Part shown: piece after piece, positions 1 to 11,625 of the stretch | How the letters are laid out: every line of letters begins with the position of its first letter | Numbering within the stretch: position 1 is the stretch's first letter | Assembly: GCA_951406725.2 (NCBI GenBank) | Contig: OX597823.1 | Coordinates: 46,004,001 to 46,068,000 of the forward strand | Length of the DNA stretch: 64,000 nt | Reading direction: 5' to 3' | DNA from: Octopus vulgaris | Taxonomy: Eukaryota | Notes under the pieces: model-generated | What the model was told of the DNA's origin: nothing | The model's database searches: none | The model's input: only the letters and a program-made list of their open reading frames with translations | Position numbers and translations under genes: made by a program

Positions 1-448
1 CGAATTTGACGAATTATTCGAAGGTTCTTTTCTATTCTCTCAGTTCAAAATTATTGTGTAGGCTCCAGATTGCTAGGTTTTGTAAACTGTATTTTGACCA
101 ATCAGTGTGTAGCATCACTCAGTTACTTAAGCTGATTGGTTTAGGCGTCACACTTTGTTGAACATGTCAAGAGTCCTGTATCTTAACTCTGGCCGAGTCA
201 GCAATTGTTGGGCTATTTTTAGAAATGTTGTAAATAACCTTTGTCGGGGATTTTTATATTTCAGTTGTCATCATCATCATTGTCAGCACCTTAATTATTG
301 TTGCTTGTGGTGATGGTGGTGGCAATAGAACTTTTAACCCTAAATAAGATAATTTTCCTGCTATCTTCATCTTGATCACCTTTAGTATTGTTGTTGTTGT
401 TAGTTGTCATGGTCGTAGCAGTAGAAGTTGTACCTCTAAGTATTATTA
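1..448 (-). repeat. Probable 3' UTR / pseudo-LTR of the Penelope-like element
   Basis: Lies directly downstream of the GIY-YIG stop. Bases 14-56 are identical to 3269-3311. Confidence 0.45.
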
Positions 449-1617
449 TTATTGCTTATTTAGCTTGGGTTCGAATTTATCAATAAAATACTTTTCTCTG
501 ATTTTCCTCTCGATTTCACTTGGGCTGTGTAATTTGTAGAATGGAAATATTATATATATTTTCCGACCACATGTTGCTAGGTGGTTACTCAAAGGTATCT
601 GACGGACCTCTGGGTCTCTAATCTGTTGTCGGTGTACACGTGAGCGTTCTGGTAGTGCATTTCCCGTCTGACCTACATATATTTCTTCACAATTTGGGCA
701 TTTGATGCAGTAAATTAAATTTCTGCTTTTGCAGTTCATATTCGCATTTGTGAATATTTTCCCGGTTTTTGTGTTTATATATTGGCCGGTATGTATGAAT
801 TGGCATGTGCCACATCGGCTATCATTGCATTTAGATACAGTGAATGTTTGGTCTTTGTTGCTAAGGTCAAATTTTGCCTTTGTTAGTAATTTTTTCAAGT
901 TTTTAGGCTTTTACTAAGAACCATAGCTCGATCCGTGATTATATCTTTTAATTCATTATTTTGAGCAATGATTGGTAGGTTTGCTTTGGCAATGTTGAAG
1001 ATATTCTGGTGACATGGGTTGTGTGCCACTATGAATGGTATGACTTGTTTTTGTTTTCCTCTTCCTTGGGTTGTCCTAAGTGGTTGTATGGATATTTTTA
1101 TAGCCCGCTGTATGCTATTTTCTATAAGTAGAGATGGGTATTTTTGTTTGAGCAAAAATTCTCTTAGTTCTGTTAGGCGTTTGTTCCTGATATTTGCACC
1201 TTCTACAATGGTACAAATTCTTCTGGCTAGGCAGTATGGGATGTTGCGTTTTGTATGTGGTGGATGGCACGATTTAAAATTCATGTATGTCTGTGTGTTT
1301 ATAGTATATATCTGTGGTGATGGTGGTGTCCTTTTTAATTACCATTATATCTAGGAATGGTAATTTGGTACTACTCATCTCCTTTGTAAATTGGAGAGAT
1401 GGGTGTAGGTTGTTCAGGAGGATATTGAACTCTTCCAGAGTATTTAGAGATTCTGTCCAGATTATGAGGCAGTCGTCAACGTATCTCTTCCATGCCTTTT
1501 CAATATACTTTCTAAATGCAGTGCCATAGTTTACTTCCACCTCTTGGTAGAGGTATTGTTCTAAGTATCCCATTAGAGAGTTGGCGTAAACGGGAGCAAA
1601 CCTCGTTCCCATCGCCG
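449..1617 (-). mobile_element. Penelope-like retroelement (Neptune-type), 5'-truncated and frameshifted: RT C-half, thumb, Cys-rich linker and GIY-YIG endonuclease
   Basis: Three consecutive minus ORFs: 1274-1612 (MGTRFAPVYAN, WKRYVDD, LPFLDI), 895-1284 (SCHPPHTKRNIPYCLARRI) and 449-898 (CNDSRCGTC linker, then LIYCIKCPNC..IYVGQTG..R..H). Truncated against a (TA)n tract at about 1618. Confidence 0.92.
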
Positions 1618-1620
1618 TAT

Positions 1621-1657
<37 letters not shown>

Positions 1658-2069
1658 CTCTTTTACTCTTTTATTTATTTTTAGTCATATGACTGTGGCC
1701 ATGCTGGAGCACCGCCTTTAGTCGAGAAAATTGACCCCAGGACTCATTCTTTGTACGCTTAGTACTTATTCTATCGATCTCTTTTGCCGAACTTCTAAGT
1801 CACGCGGACGTAAACACACCAGCATCGGTTGTCAAGCGATGTTGAGGGGACAAATACTGACACACAAACATATACACACATATAGATATGTATATACAAA
1901 TATACGACGGGCTTCTTTCAGTTTCCGTCTACCAAATCCACTCACAAGGCTTTGGTCGGCCCGAGGCTATAGTAGAAGACACTTGCCCAAGGTGCCACGC
2001 AGTGGTACTGAACCCGGAAGCATGTGGTTGGTAAGCAAGCTACTTAACAATGCAGCCATATCTGCGTCT
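1658..2069 (-). mobile_element. tRNA-derived SINE, family A (CORE-like segment, internal microsatellite)
   Basis: Minus strand shows an A/B-box head, a CACCTTGGGCAAGTG core-like segment, an internal (CA/TA)n and an AAAAGAG tail. Many copies occur in the window. Confidence 0.88.
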
Positions 2070-2115
2070 ATGTATATATGAATATATACATACATATATG
2101 TACATACATATATAC

Positions 2116-2158
<43 letters not shown>

Positions 2159-2370
2159 ATATATATATATGTGTGTGTGTGTGCACATGACGTCATAAAA
2201 CGTGTACAACAAAAAAGTAAGATGCACAAGTACTTGGAACATGAACTAATCTTTCGAACCACGCAAGAGACAAATGGAAAACAAAACAAACTACATGAAT
2301 AACGACTCTTCATTAGTTGTTGGCTGTTTATCTAGCCTCGTATTTCGGCTCGATGTAAGTACATATACAT

Positions 2371-2424
<54 letters not shown>

Positions 2425-2430
2425 AAATAC

Positions 2431-2475
<45 letters not shown>

Positions 2476-2476
2476 C

Positions 2477-2510
<34 letters not shown>

Positions 2511-2521
2511 CCGTCTGTCTA

Positions 2522-2562
<41 letters not shown>

Positions 2563-3602
2563 CCATAAATATATGAATATGTACGTTTATAAATGTAGGC
2601 ACATACATCAATGACTAAAATGATCAGCTGTGTTACTAAGTACTTGTTCTCGAAGTCTTATATGGTTTACCTTTGTGTAATAAATGCACTCATCAACACA
2701 ATATTCAGTATATTTTCTAAGCATTTGCTCGTTTTAAACGCAGGTCTCAGTATTTTTCCTGTTACATTCCAGCTGTTTGTATTTCGTTTGTTTCCAGTAC
2801 TGTTTCTATTCTGGCTAACAACAACATTTCTCTTGTTTTCAAACAGCTGTACCTCATCTTTATATTGTTGCTCTCGAATCACCTAGCAGATGTTATTAAG
2901 TTTGACCAGAAGAGATAAAATTGTAGTAACAAGGTTTTTGCATAAATATTACATCGGATGTTATACATGTAGCATTTCGTTTATAAGAATTAATTACTTC
3001 CTTCTTAATGAGTATTTAACACTTGTCCGTTATTGAGTTTGTATTTGTGTTTTATTTTTGTGAAGGGTAACATTATTGAACGTTTTTTTCCTCGGAAAAG
3101 GGATGGGCCTATCCACTCGCTAGTAAGTTTGGGTATGTAATCTTATCACAATAGGTGCTTCGTTGCATCGTGCATAGATGTTCGTTGAAATGCAATAATG
3201 TTTCATGATAGATTCATATTATTTTAAGTATTTGTTTTCACTCGTAACGTTTAGGAAGTTTAAAGCAGTTATTCGAAGGTTCTTTTCTATTCTCTCAGTT
3301 CAAAATTATTGCCTGCTGCATTTATTCTTTTCCTGTGAAGGGCAACTATGCTATTCGATATGATAAGCCTTCAATTCCTCTACAAGCCCATACTAATTCC
3401 ATGAAAAGAGCTTCGAATTTTGCTGAACATGCACAAGCTTAAACGTTTACAGATTCTAGCTCCTTCAAATGGCTATTACGATATAAAAAAACTACTGTTC
3501 TTCATTCTAGTATGTACAGAACAACCTTGCTAAAATGATAAATCCTTTGATGTCGTCTATTTGAGCGATATTTGAATACGTTTTGGCGTTTATATACATA
3601 CA

Positions 3603-4908
3603 TCTATATATATATATATATAAATGTGTAATGGTGTCTGTCTGTGTGTGTGTGTGTTTGGCGTTACTGTAACTCCTCCCACACCTTCCAACCGATTTTA
3701 ATGAGTTTTGGCACATAGGTAGATCACATGCCCTGAAGATCACATAAGGCCGGAATTTTTCGAAAACTCGATAATGCCTAGTTGGCATCGATTTTTGTGG
3801 GCTCAATTGGGCGTTTGAATGAAAATTCCCATAACGGTGATATTTATCCTGCAGCTTTTGCAATTTTTGTCCGAATTTGACGAAATTGATGAGTGAGCGA
3901 GGCGCATGGCAGAAAGTTGATGTTAGTATACAGCGTTGACAAATAATCGATGATTGCGCCTGAGCAGTGGCTTTATAAGATCAATATGCTTTTTGCGTGC
4001 AAATACCCATAGGGATTTTAGTTTTGGTTGTAACTTTTATATTTTTTATTCGATTTTAATTAAATTTGAGACGTAGGTAAATTTTATTATAGGGGTGGGG
4101 TGGGGTAAAGGTGTTTATTTAATTCAAAATGGCTTGAAAAGGGCACAAATGCAAATATGCATTTCCTTAGAGACATTCTTATCGATTTTGTAGACATTTT
4201 ACATGTGATTACAGTTCTTGTCCATTAATTGATGCCAGCATAAACAGTTGAAAAAAAATCGATAATTGCGCATGAGACGGGTATTTTAAGAAACCAAAAG
4301 GCTTTTTTATGCAATTACCCATAGGATTAATATTTTATGCTGTAACTTTTACAGAATTCATCCGATGAAATTTGACATTTAGGTAAAGTTTATGGTCGGA
4401 GTCGTGTAGTAGAATTAAAATTAAATTGGTGAAAGGCAGAAATCGTCAAAATTCACTCACATTAAAATAATGAACTGATTTTGAAGAAAATTGACCCATG
4501 AATAAAATTAAGCTCTTCGACATGAAACATCGATTATTCATATAATGTATTTGGATTTAAAAGTCAATGGGTTATTTTCATGTACATGGTCACATGGATT
4601 CTATTTTATGACATAACCATAACAATTTTCTTCGGATAGATCGGACACGCTGATAAATTTTCTACAGAGGGTGGAATTAAGGAGAGAGAAATAAACAAAT
4701 ATCACCCTCAACGGGTCGAGGTACACCCAAAAGTTTGACTGCGATTTCAGACAGTCCAGTATGAAGGAGTATGTCGAAAGCACTAACCGGATAAAATCCC
4801 TGTCGAACCAGATATAACATCTTAATGGGTAATAGTTGGCACGGGGGACGTAGAAGATTTCAATACTTCAACACGGTAAAGACGAGCAACGCCGGGTCCA
4901 ACAGCTAG
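3603..4908 (+). mobile_element. Non-autonomous Helitron
   Basis: 5' A|TCTATATATA... and 3' GC-rich imperfect hairpin (GACGAGCAACGCCGGGTC) followed by CTAG|T. Inserted between A and T with no TSD. Confidence 0.8.
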
Positions 4909-5056
4909 TACATACACACATGCATACATACATGCATACATGGATGCATGCATACATACATAGATACGTACATACATGCATACATACAAAGAGACATATA
5001 TATATATGTATCGCTATGTTTATACGTGTGCATATGAGTATATGTATGTGTATATA

Positions 5057-5339
5057 CAAGAAAAAAGTAGCAAGAATGGATCAGTAGTTTAGTACAATTG
5101 TTTCATACTAAGAACATTTTATTTAAAGCTGTAAATATTACACCAAATATAATGTCAAGTATTCATTAGCTAAATCACATATATGTTTTCCAAACAGGAT
5201 GTTTGGAAAACATATATGTGATTTAGCTGATGAATACTTGACATTATATTTGCTGTAATATTTGCAGCTTTAAATAAAATGTTCTTAGTATGAAACAATT
5301 GTACTAAACTACTGATCTATTTTTGTTACTTTTTTCTTG
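5057..5339. repeat. 283-bp inverted repeat (140-bp arms, 3-nt loop), Penelope-type inverted pseudo-LTR
   Basis: Arms 5057-5196 and 5200-5339 are reverse complements with 6 mismatches. Each arm contains a hammerhead motif. Confidence 0.9.
5222..5308 (+). ncRNA. Type I hammerhead ribozyme with palindromic stem III
   Basis: Stem I TTTAG/CTAAA; CTGATGA 5227-5233; stem II ATACT/AGTAT; GAAA 5292-5295; palindrome ACAATTGT; GUA cleavage triplet ending at 5303. Confidence 0.85.
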
Positions 5340-5674
5340 ATTATAATCACCCCACATAATTTTATGGTTAATACCATAAAGAATTCTGGTGCATCTAAGT
5401 TAAGTAACATATTCATTTGAATTTATTTGAATTCATTTGAATCTTAATTGTTTTGCTGTATGTGTATATATATATATGTACATTCATATTTATGTTTGTG
5501 TACATACATACCTACATACATACTTACATATGAATAAGCATTTTCTTCAAGCTTTCATTTCATATTTAAAAAAATATTCAGTGGGTATTCAAAACAAAAC
5601 GTAATCCAGTCTACCAGCTGATAATTGGAAATGATCAACTCTGAATGTTGGAAATTGGAGCCTTTGAGTTATAA

Positions 5675-5718
<44 letters not shown>

Positions 5719-5755
5719 CACGCGCGCGCGCGCACACACTCACTTGCGCACACAC

Positions 5756-5864
<109 letters not shown>

Positions 5865-6659
5865 ATAAAGCATAATACACGTAATTAGTATTTCAAGCCT
5901 TACATAATAACATCTGATTCGGTAATTCAACTAGCATAATTAAATAGGTATTCATTCAAATTTCATAATCTTATCGATTCTCGTCCTCTACATTCTCAGA
6001 GATAAAAAAAAACGTGTTAAATTTGCTATAACATAAGACCCCGTTATGTAGATTACCCAGAACCTTAGTGGTGTGACAGAATATACGGTGATGAAGGGCT
6101 CAGTAATATGATGGTGTTAATAGAAGATAGAAAAGGTCGATACGTGGAGGAGGATGGAAGCCGCACTTATACTCCCTTTCTTAGATATTCAAGCAGACAC
6201 AGATACACATTTGTACACACTCACAGTTGTGCACATGCATGCACAGAGGAGAGGAAAAAAGGATAAAGATGATCGTGCAACTATATACATCCAATGTCGA
6301 TATCAACCAGTAACTGTTTCAGATTTCTATAAGAGGCCGTTGGAACGACGCTCAACCTCTCTGCATTTCTGAAGAAAGGGGTACAGAGATGAATTTCGAC
6401 AAGCTTTCACAGAAAAACAAAGAAAGACTGAAAAATACGCGTGTATAGTTTGGAGTGTCTTTCTCTCTATGACCATTTCTTTCTTTCTTTCTTTTTTCTT
6501 TCTTTATTTTTCCAATGAGCTGGTAGTGACTGAAAGTGAAATAATACAAGGCCGAAGCAGGATATATTGCAGTAGACACATAAAATTATATGTTAAGTAA
6601 TTCGATTAAATGTAATTAAAATACATTGAGTTACAAGGATATAATTCTGTTCATTAGCA

Positions 6660-7430
6660 TTGAACAGGTACACATGTAGGCACAACTTGGTCCTTAGGGT
6701 TATCTTCAATGCTATAAAGAACCAAATTCATCTCAACAACACTGAGGAGCAAATCGTTAAAAGTTCCATCAAGAGAGTTCATTACCTTCGTGCGACCAGG
6801 TCAGCGGATCCGTTTCAAGAAGAAGACCAAGAAACTTCCTGAGAAAAATGAAAAGTGGAACGGCTATTGGGAGGTAACTGCAGATTTACCTGGGTGCCAG
6901 GTTTTCTTTCCCATCCCAGTTTCGAAAAAACCAGATATTTTGATGTGGTGTGAAAGAAAGAAAGTTGTAAATATAGTCGAGCTAACTGTTCCTCACGAAG
7001 ATAATATGGACGCCGCTCGAGCTCGAAAATTAAACCGTTATGAAAACCTCCTCGAGGAATGTGAAGACGCAGGCTGGAAAGCGGAACATTTTCCTATCGA
7101 AGTCGGATGTAGAGGGTTTGTAGGACACAGCGTGAGACGACTGTTGTTATCGTTAGGCCTAACTCATCGTAAAGTCAATACTACCATGACTGATATCCAA
7201 TCTACAGTGGAGAAGGCTAGCCACTGGATTTGGTTAAAATGAGACGATGAGCGATGGCTAGAAGTATATTGAGTTCTTCATAACCAGCTGATCTAGCAAG
7301 CGGGGCCTCATATCAGTGAGGGGGGGGCCGGTGCGCATTGATGCCGTCGAGAGGTAGGCCCCGAAACGGCGCGCATTCTCTCCTGATGACCCCATACACT
7401 TGCTAGCTTCCGATATACGGAGCTTTTAAC
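6660..7430 (+). mobile_element. 3' fragment of an RLE-class non-LTR retrotransposon (HERO-like)
   Basis: RYTCRHNLVL, then KPDILMW...VELTVPHED...RKLNRY...PIEVGCRGF...EKASHWIW (PD-(D/E)xK restriction-like endonuclease). Followed by a structured GC-rich 3' UTR. Confidence 0.85.
7293..7406 (+). ncRNA. Candidate hammerhead ribozyme with rearranged (non-circularly permuted) strand order
   Basis: GUC 7346-7348, GAAA 7363-7366 and CTGATGA 7383-7389. Helices: GCCGT/ACGGC, GAGAG/CTCTC, GGGGCCT/AGGCCCC and CTAGCAAG/CTTGCTAG. Confidence 0.6.
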
Positions 7431-7599
7431 TGGTAGCACTTGCATGTGCAAGTTGTTTGCAAGATATCTTATCGACATATTGATCACTGCGCGTGTGTGC
7501 GTGTGTAGTAAAATAATGACAGTCATTTTTACCTGACAGTAATAAATGATATATATATATATTATACACACACACATACTTAATAACTTCCTGAACTTT

Positions 7600-8170
7600 A
7601 CAAATAAATGGATGAAATTTTGACACAATATAAAGAACATAACGGAAATTAATATGCACAAGTCAAATTCTGCAACACCACTACATCACATATGAAAAAG
7701 GACATCGCTTAAATGGCACCCATTTTCGGCTTCGCACACCCGTGCTCTTTCCAAAACTTGCACCACAACACTCTCAAGAGTTTCAGATTTCTCTGTTGAT
7801 GTTCTCCTTCAGTTGCACCAGGGTCCCCGGTTTCTTGATGTAAACCTTCCTTTCAGGTATCCGTCACTGAGACTATTTTGCGTCCGGCCATTCAAAGTAA
7901 ACCTCACATATGGTTCCAGCAAGATGGGGTGTGGGTGTGTGTGTGTGTGTGTGTGGGGGGGGGCAACTGCTCATACCGCAAGAGAAACAATGCAGTTGTT
8001 ACAGCAGTGCTTTCGAGATAGAATAATCTCCCGCAACGGCAATATCAACTGGCTTTCACGTTCCCCAAACTTGACTAGTCCAGATTTTGTCTTGTGGAGA
8101 TACCTGAACGAAAGGTTTTATGACAAGCCGGAGACCCTGGTGCAACTGAAGGAGAACATCAATACAGACA
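7600..8170. mobile_element. Two oppositely oriented fragments of a DD41D (rosa/VS-type) Tc1/mariner transposase
   Basis: Plus: WFQQDG-[GT tract]-GATAHTA...WLSRSPNLTSPDFVLWRYL, with 41 residues between the Asp residues once the tract is removed. Minus 7700-7862: GYLK...PGTLVQLKENI...ENGCHLSDVLF. Confidence 0.8.
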
Positions 8171-8399
8171 TTTGGGACATACTGTGTATATATAAAATTT
8201 TATATTTGGTTAAACAACTTAGATTAAAGCTCGTTTAAAGACAACTTAGTTTAGAGCTCGTCTACATCATTCGGCTACCTGGTGTCAACAACAGTATGGA
8301 GATATTTGCCATTGGATTTACTTCAGGAATTCTTTTGTGTCTATAGAGATTATATAAAAAGATGAGATACAGAATATAGAATTCACGAGATTCCTGATT

Positions 8400-8645
8400 T
8401 AGAAACACTACAATCGTTTCGAGTTATCGTGCACCCGTTTCTTACAGTTGAGATGCTGTACAATCAATTGTCATGCATCATAGGTGCAGATGCGTCTCCT
8501 CAGATGACTTTTCAAAATTACTTCATTTTTTACTTGCGGTTTCGCTTATTTCTATAACAATATATTTTGGTTAATGTAGCGTTCCATCCGTCTTCATAAG
8601 GAACTGAGATAAAATAAAAGAACCATTCTCATAGAAGCAATAAAA

Positions 8646-8648
<3 letters not shown>
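8400..8648 (-). mobile_element. Penelope-type pseudo-LTR fragment with a degenerate hammerhead (8404-8508)
   Basis: Minus strand reads cat-CTGAGGA-gacg...ctc-GAAACGATTGTA-gtg. Clearly homologous to 10386-10640. Confidence 0.65.
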
Positions 8649-8677
<29 letters not shown>

Positions 8678-9343
8678 CTAGCTTAAGGTGACCCGCTCTA
8701 CGCGCGGGTAAGAGTGTGGTTCTTACTTTCTGTTTTTTATCACCACATTCTCCCTCTTTGTTTCTCTCCCCTTTCTCTCTCACTTTCCCACTCTCTTACT
8801 CTTCCTTTCTCTCGGACTCTCCCTCTCTTTTTCTTACTCTCTATCTTTCTCTATCTATCTCTCTCCCATTTATAAACAACAAAAGGTCTTGAGTAAATTG
8901 AGAAAGTAAAATATTTTGAAAGATCAATCATAAATATCAGGCAGTGACAACGGAAAGGTCTGCTTCAAGGCAGACAGCAAAACCCTAACATTTAAAAGGG
9001 ACAGACGAACTTGCGAGCTGAATAAAAATTTAAAAAATATTGGAAACCAAAGTTTGAAGGGATAGAATCTGAGAATAGTAGAGTCACCATGGCTGGCATC
9101 TGTTAACGACGGACAGCAATGTAGTGGCAGTTTAACGGCTGGCGTAAAATTTTGAACTTGTTGTAAAAGAAAATTCCTAAACACCAAGTTTTGAAGTGAT
9201 TCTTTCTCACGACAGTAGACTCACTATGGCAAGCATTCAAAACTTCATCATCGACGACACATTAACGATTTAAAGGCTAGCGCAAACGCATTATATATCT
9301 ATATGTGTGTGTGTACGCATTATATATACAAATGTATACAAAT

Positions 9344-9392
<49 letters not shown>

Positions 9393-10173
9393 TTAGAGAT
9401 AAAACCACTATTAGGCAAATTAAACTGAAAAACATAACCCAAGACATAAAAATAAAAATATAATGTACAAAATATATAAAATATAAAATTTAAAAAAATA
9501 AATTATTTAAAATTAAAATTATTAATTTATATATATAATTTTTTTAAAATATATATAACTATCAAGAAGTATTAAAAAGTTTAATATAGATAAATACAGA
9601 TATATACACTTTGTATATATACATTATATATACATATTTATATATAGAACACACACACACACACACATATATATAAATTAACCCAATAAATATCTGATTC
9701 ATAATATTTGTTCTCATGATTGTGTGGTGGTGGTGGCGATGATAATTCTCTCTATGAATCCAGACAGACGTAGAGAGAGAGTGTGTGTGAAAGCGCTGTC
9801 GAAGGCGGAGAGGAGGGGGAGATTGAGGACGCCGTGACACGACGTCATAAAGAGAAAGTGAAGGTAAGAGAGATAGACGACGTGAAACAATGTTATATAT
9901 AGAAAGTGATGGGAAGGGAGGAAAGAGAATGAGTGACGGAGGAAGACAGATACATAAAAGAATGTGAGTAGACTTGTCAAAGTGAGTTTTTGGCACTAAC
10001 AACGACACCTTTTAAGATGGGGATTTCTAACCTAGCCCACTAACATCCTCACCTCATTTGACATGTCCCTGTAAATTTTGGAGTCAATCCGACGGGATCT
10101 AGTGGCCTTTATCTCGGTCTCAATGCCAAAACCAGACAAACAAACAAACAAACTTTTCGCATTTCAGATTTAT

Positions 10174-10176
<3 letters not shown>
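8678..10176 (-). mobile_element. Non-autonomous Helitron with internal simple-repeat and AT-rich insertions
   Basis: Minus-strand 3' end has the hairpin ACCCGCGCGTAGAGCGGGT followed by CTAG (8678-8681). A Helitron-like 5' region with (CAAA)n lies near 10130-10176. The 5' boundary is approximate. Confidence 0.6.
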
Positions 10177-10229
<53 letters not shown>

Positions 10230-10385
10230 CATATATACATACATATATATATTATATATATATATATGAGGTATACAAGAATAAAATAATGGCTGTATTC
10301 CATTTTATTTTATTTTATTTTATTTTACATATTTTATTTTTCATTCCTTACACTTTTATCCTTGTATACTTTATTATATATCATT

Positions 10386-10640
10386 ATGGTTTTATTGCTT
10401 ATATAAGAATTCTATTATTCTTTATCAGTTTGTCATGGAGACGGATGGAATGTTATGGTAGTTAAAATGTATTGTTTTAGAAATAAGCGAAACGGCAAGT
10501 AAAAAGCAAAGTAATTTTTGAAAAGTCACCTGAGGAGACGTATCTCTGTTTATAATGTATGGCGTTTATACAACATCTCACCTATAAGGTACGAGTGCAT
10601 GATGAGCCGAAACGATTGTAGTGGTCGTAAATACCATTTT
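10386..10640 (+). mobile_element. Penelope-type pseudo-LTR fragment with a hammerhead motif (10525-10625)
   Basis: Stem I GTCAC/GTGGT, CTGAGGA 10530-10536, imperfect stem II GACGTATC/GATGAGCC, GAAA 10609-10612, near-palindromic ACGATTGT, GUA. Confidence 0.7.
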
Positions 10641-11294
10641 CTCCCTCTCATCTTGATATATATATATGTACATACTATAATGGAGAAAGTTGCTTATTAA
10701 TTAGGTATGTAACAATTACCAAAAGTACTAAAAGAAAGCAATTATTAAAGGGTTGACTGTCTGGAAATATTTTTATAAATTCATGTTCTAAGAAATTTCC
10801 TACAATTTCGATTTCTCAAGTTTCTTGAATTTTTTAAACTCCAATTTCTTGCAAATTTAAATATTCATTACCATTCACTGTGTCCAATTCACAAATTTAA
10901 ATATTCATTGCATTTACTGCGGAGTATTCCATTCTCATTTGCAAAGTCTCTCACTTTCTCTTTTAAGTTTTAATTCGCTATTTGGAAAACCGATAGCTTA
11001 TTCTGTTAATGCATACGTAATATTATTTATTGAATGAATTTCTTTTTAAATATCCGTATTATTTTTGAACGCAGGATAGCTGTGAGAAGAGCCTAGAAAA
11101 TAGGGTAGTTACTATTCGAAGACGAGGAGAAAAAAGTTACCGACAAGTACTCGAAACTTGCACCTTATTCACAGTTTCCAAACACTCTGTACCACTAAGC
11201 CAATATATACACAAATAAGATGCATGAGCGACTTCAACAGTAACACACTCGCGTAGACTCACAGATACACATACACACAAATCAAAGGCAATGA

Positions 11295-11333
<39 letters not shown>

Positions 11334-11436
11334 CGTGCTGCATTACTTTTGCAAAGTTTTGTCAGTGAACAGGTCGCGATTTCAAAGCGAAGAAAATATT
11401 TTGACGCGTATGAAATCTTAATGTTGAAGTGAAACT

Positions 11437-11625
11437 GGTACGATTTAAATACTGAGGTCCCTTAACAGTACTACTATTTAAATACAAAGGTGTTACGTAC
11501 AATACATTTTAAATGTACGCTGTGTGCACGTGTAATGACACCCTAACCCTAACTAACCCTAAAACTAACCTTCCCCTTCATATTCTTACATAGATGCGTC
11601 GGGGCTTCTGTATTTAAGTAGTGCC
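11437..11625. mobile_element. MITE with GG termini and 8-bp TSD (Merlin- or hAT-like), carrying CCCTAA repeats
   Basis: Diverged ~25-bp TIRs (GGTACGATTTAAATACTGAGGTCCC / GGGGCTTCTGTATTTAAGTAGTGCC). Flanks are GTGAAACT and TTGAAACT. Confidence 0.6.

Noticed and set aside
1967-2562. ORFs rich in YI, HT or CV repeats, here and throughout the window
   Set aside because: They are translations of (TA)n, (CA)n and (TG)n microsatellites, not genes.
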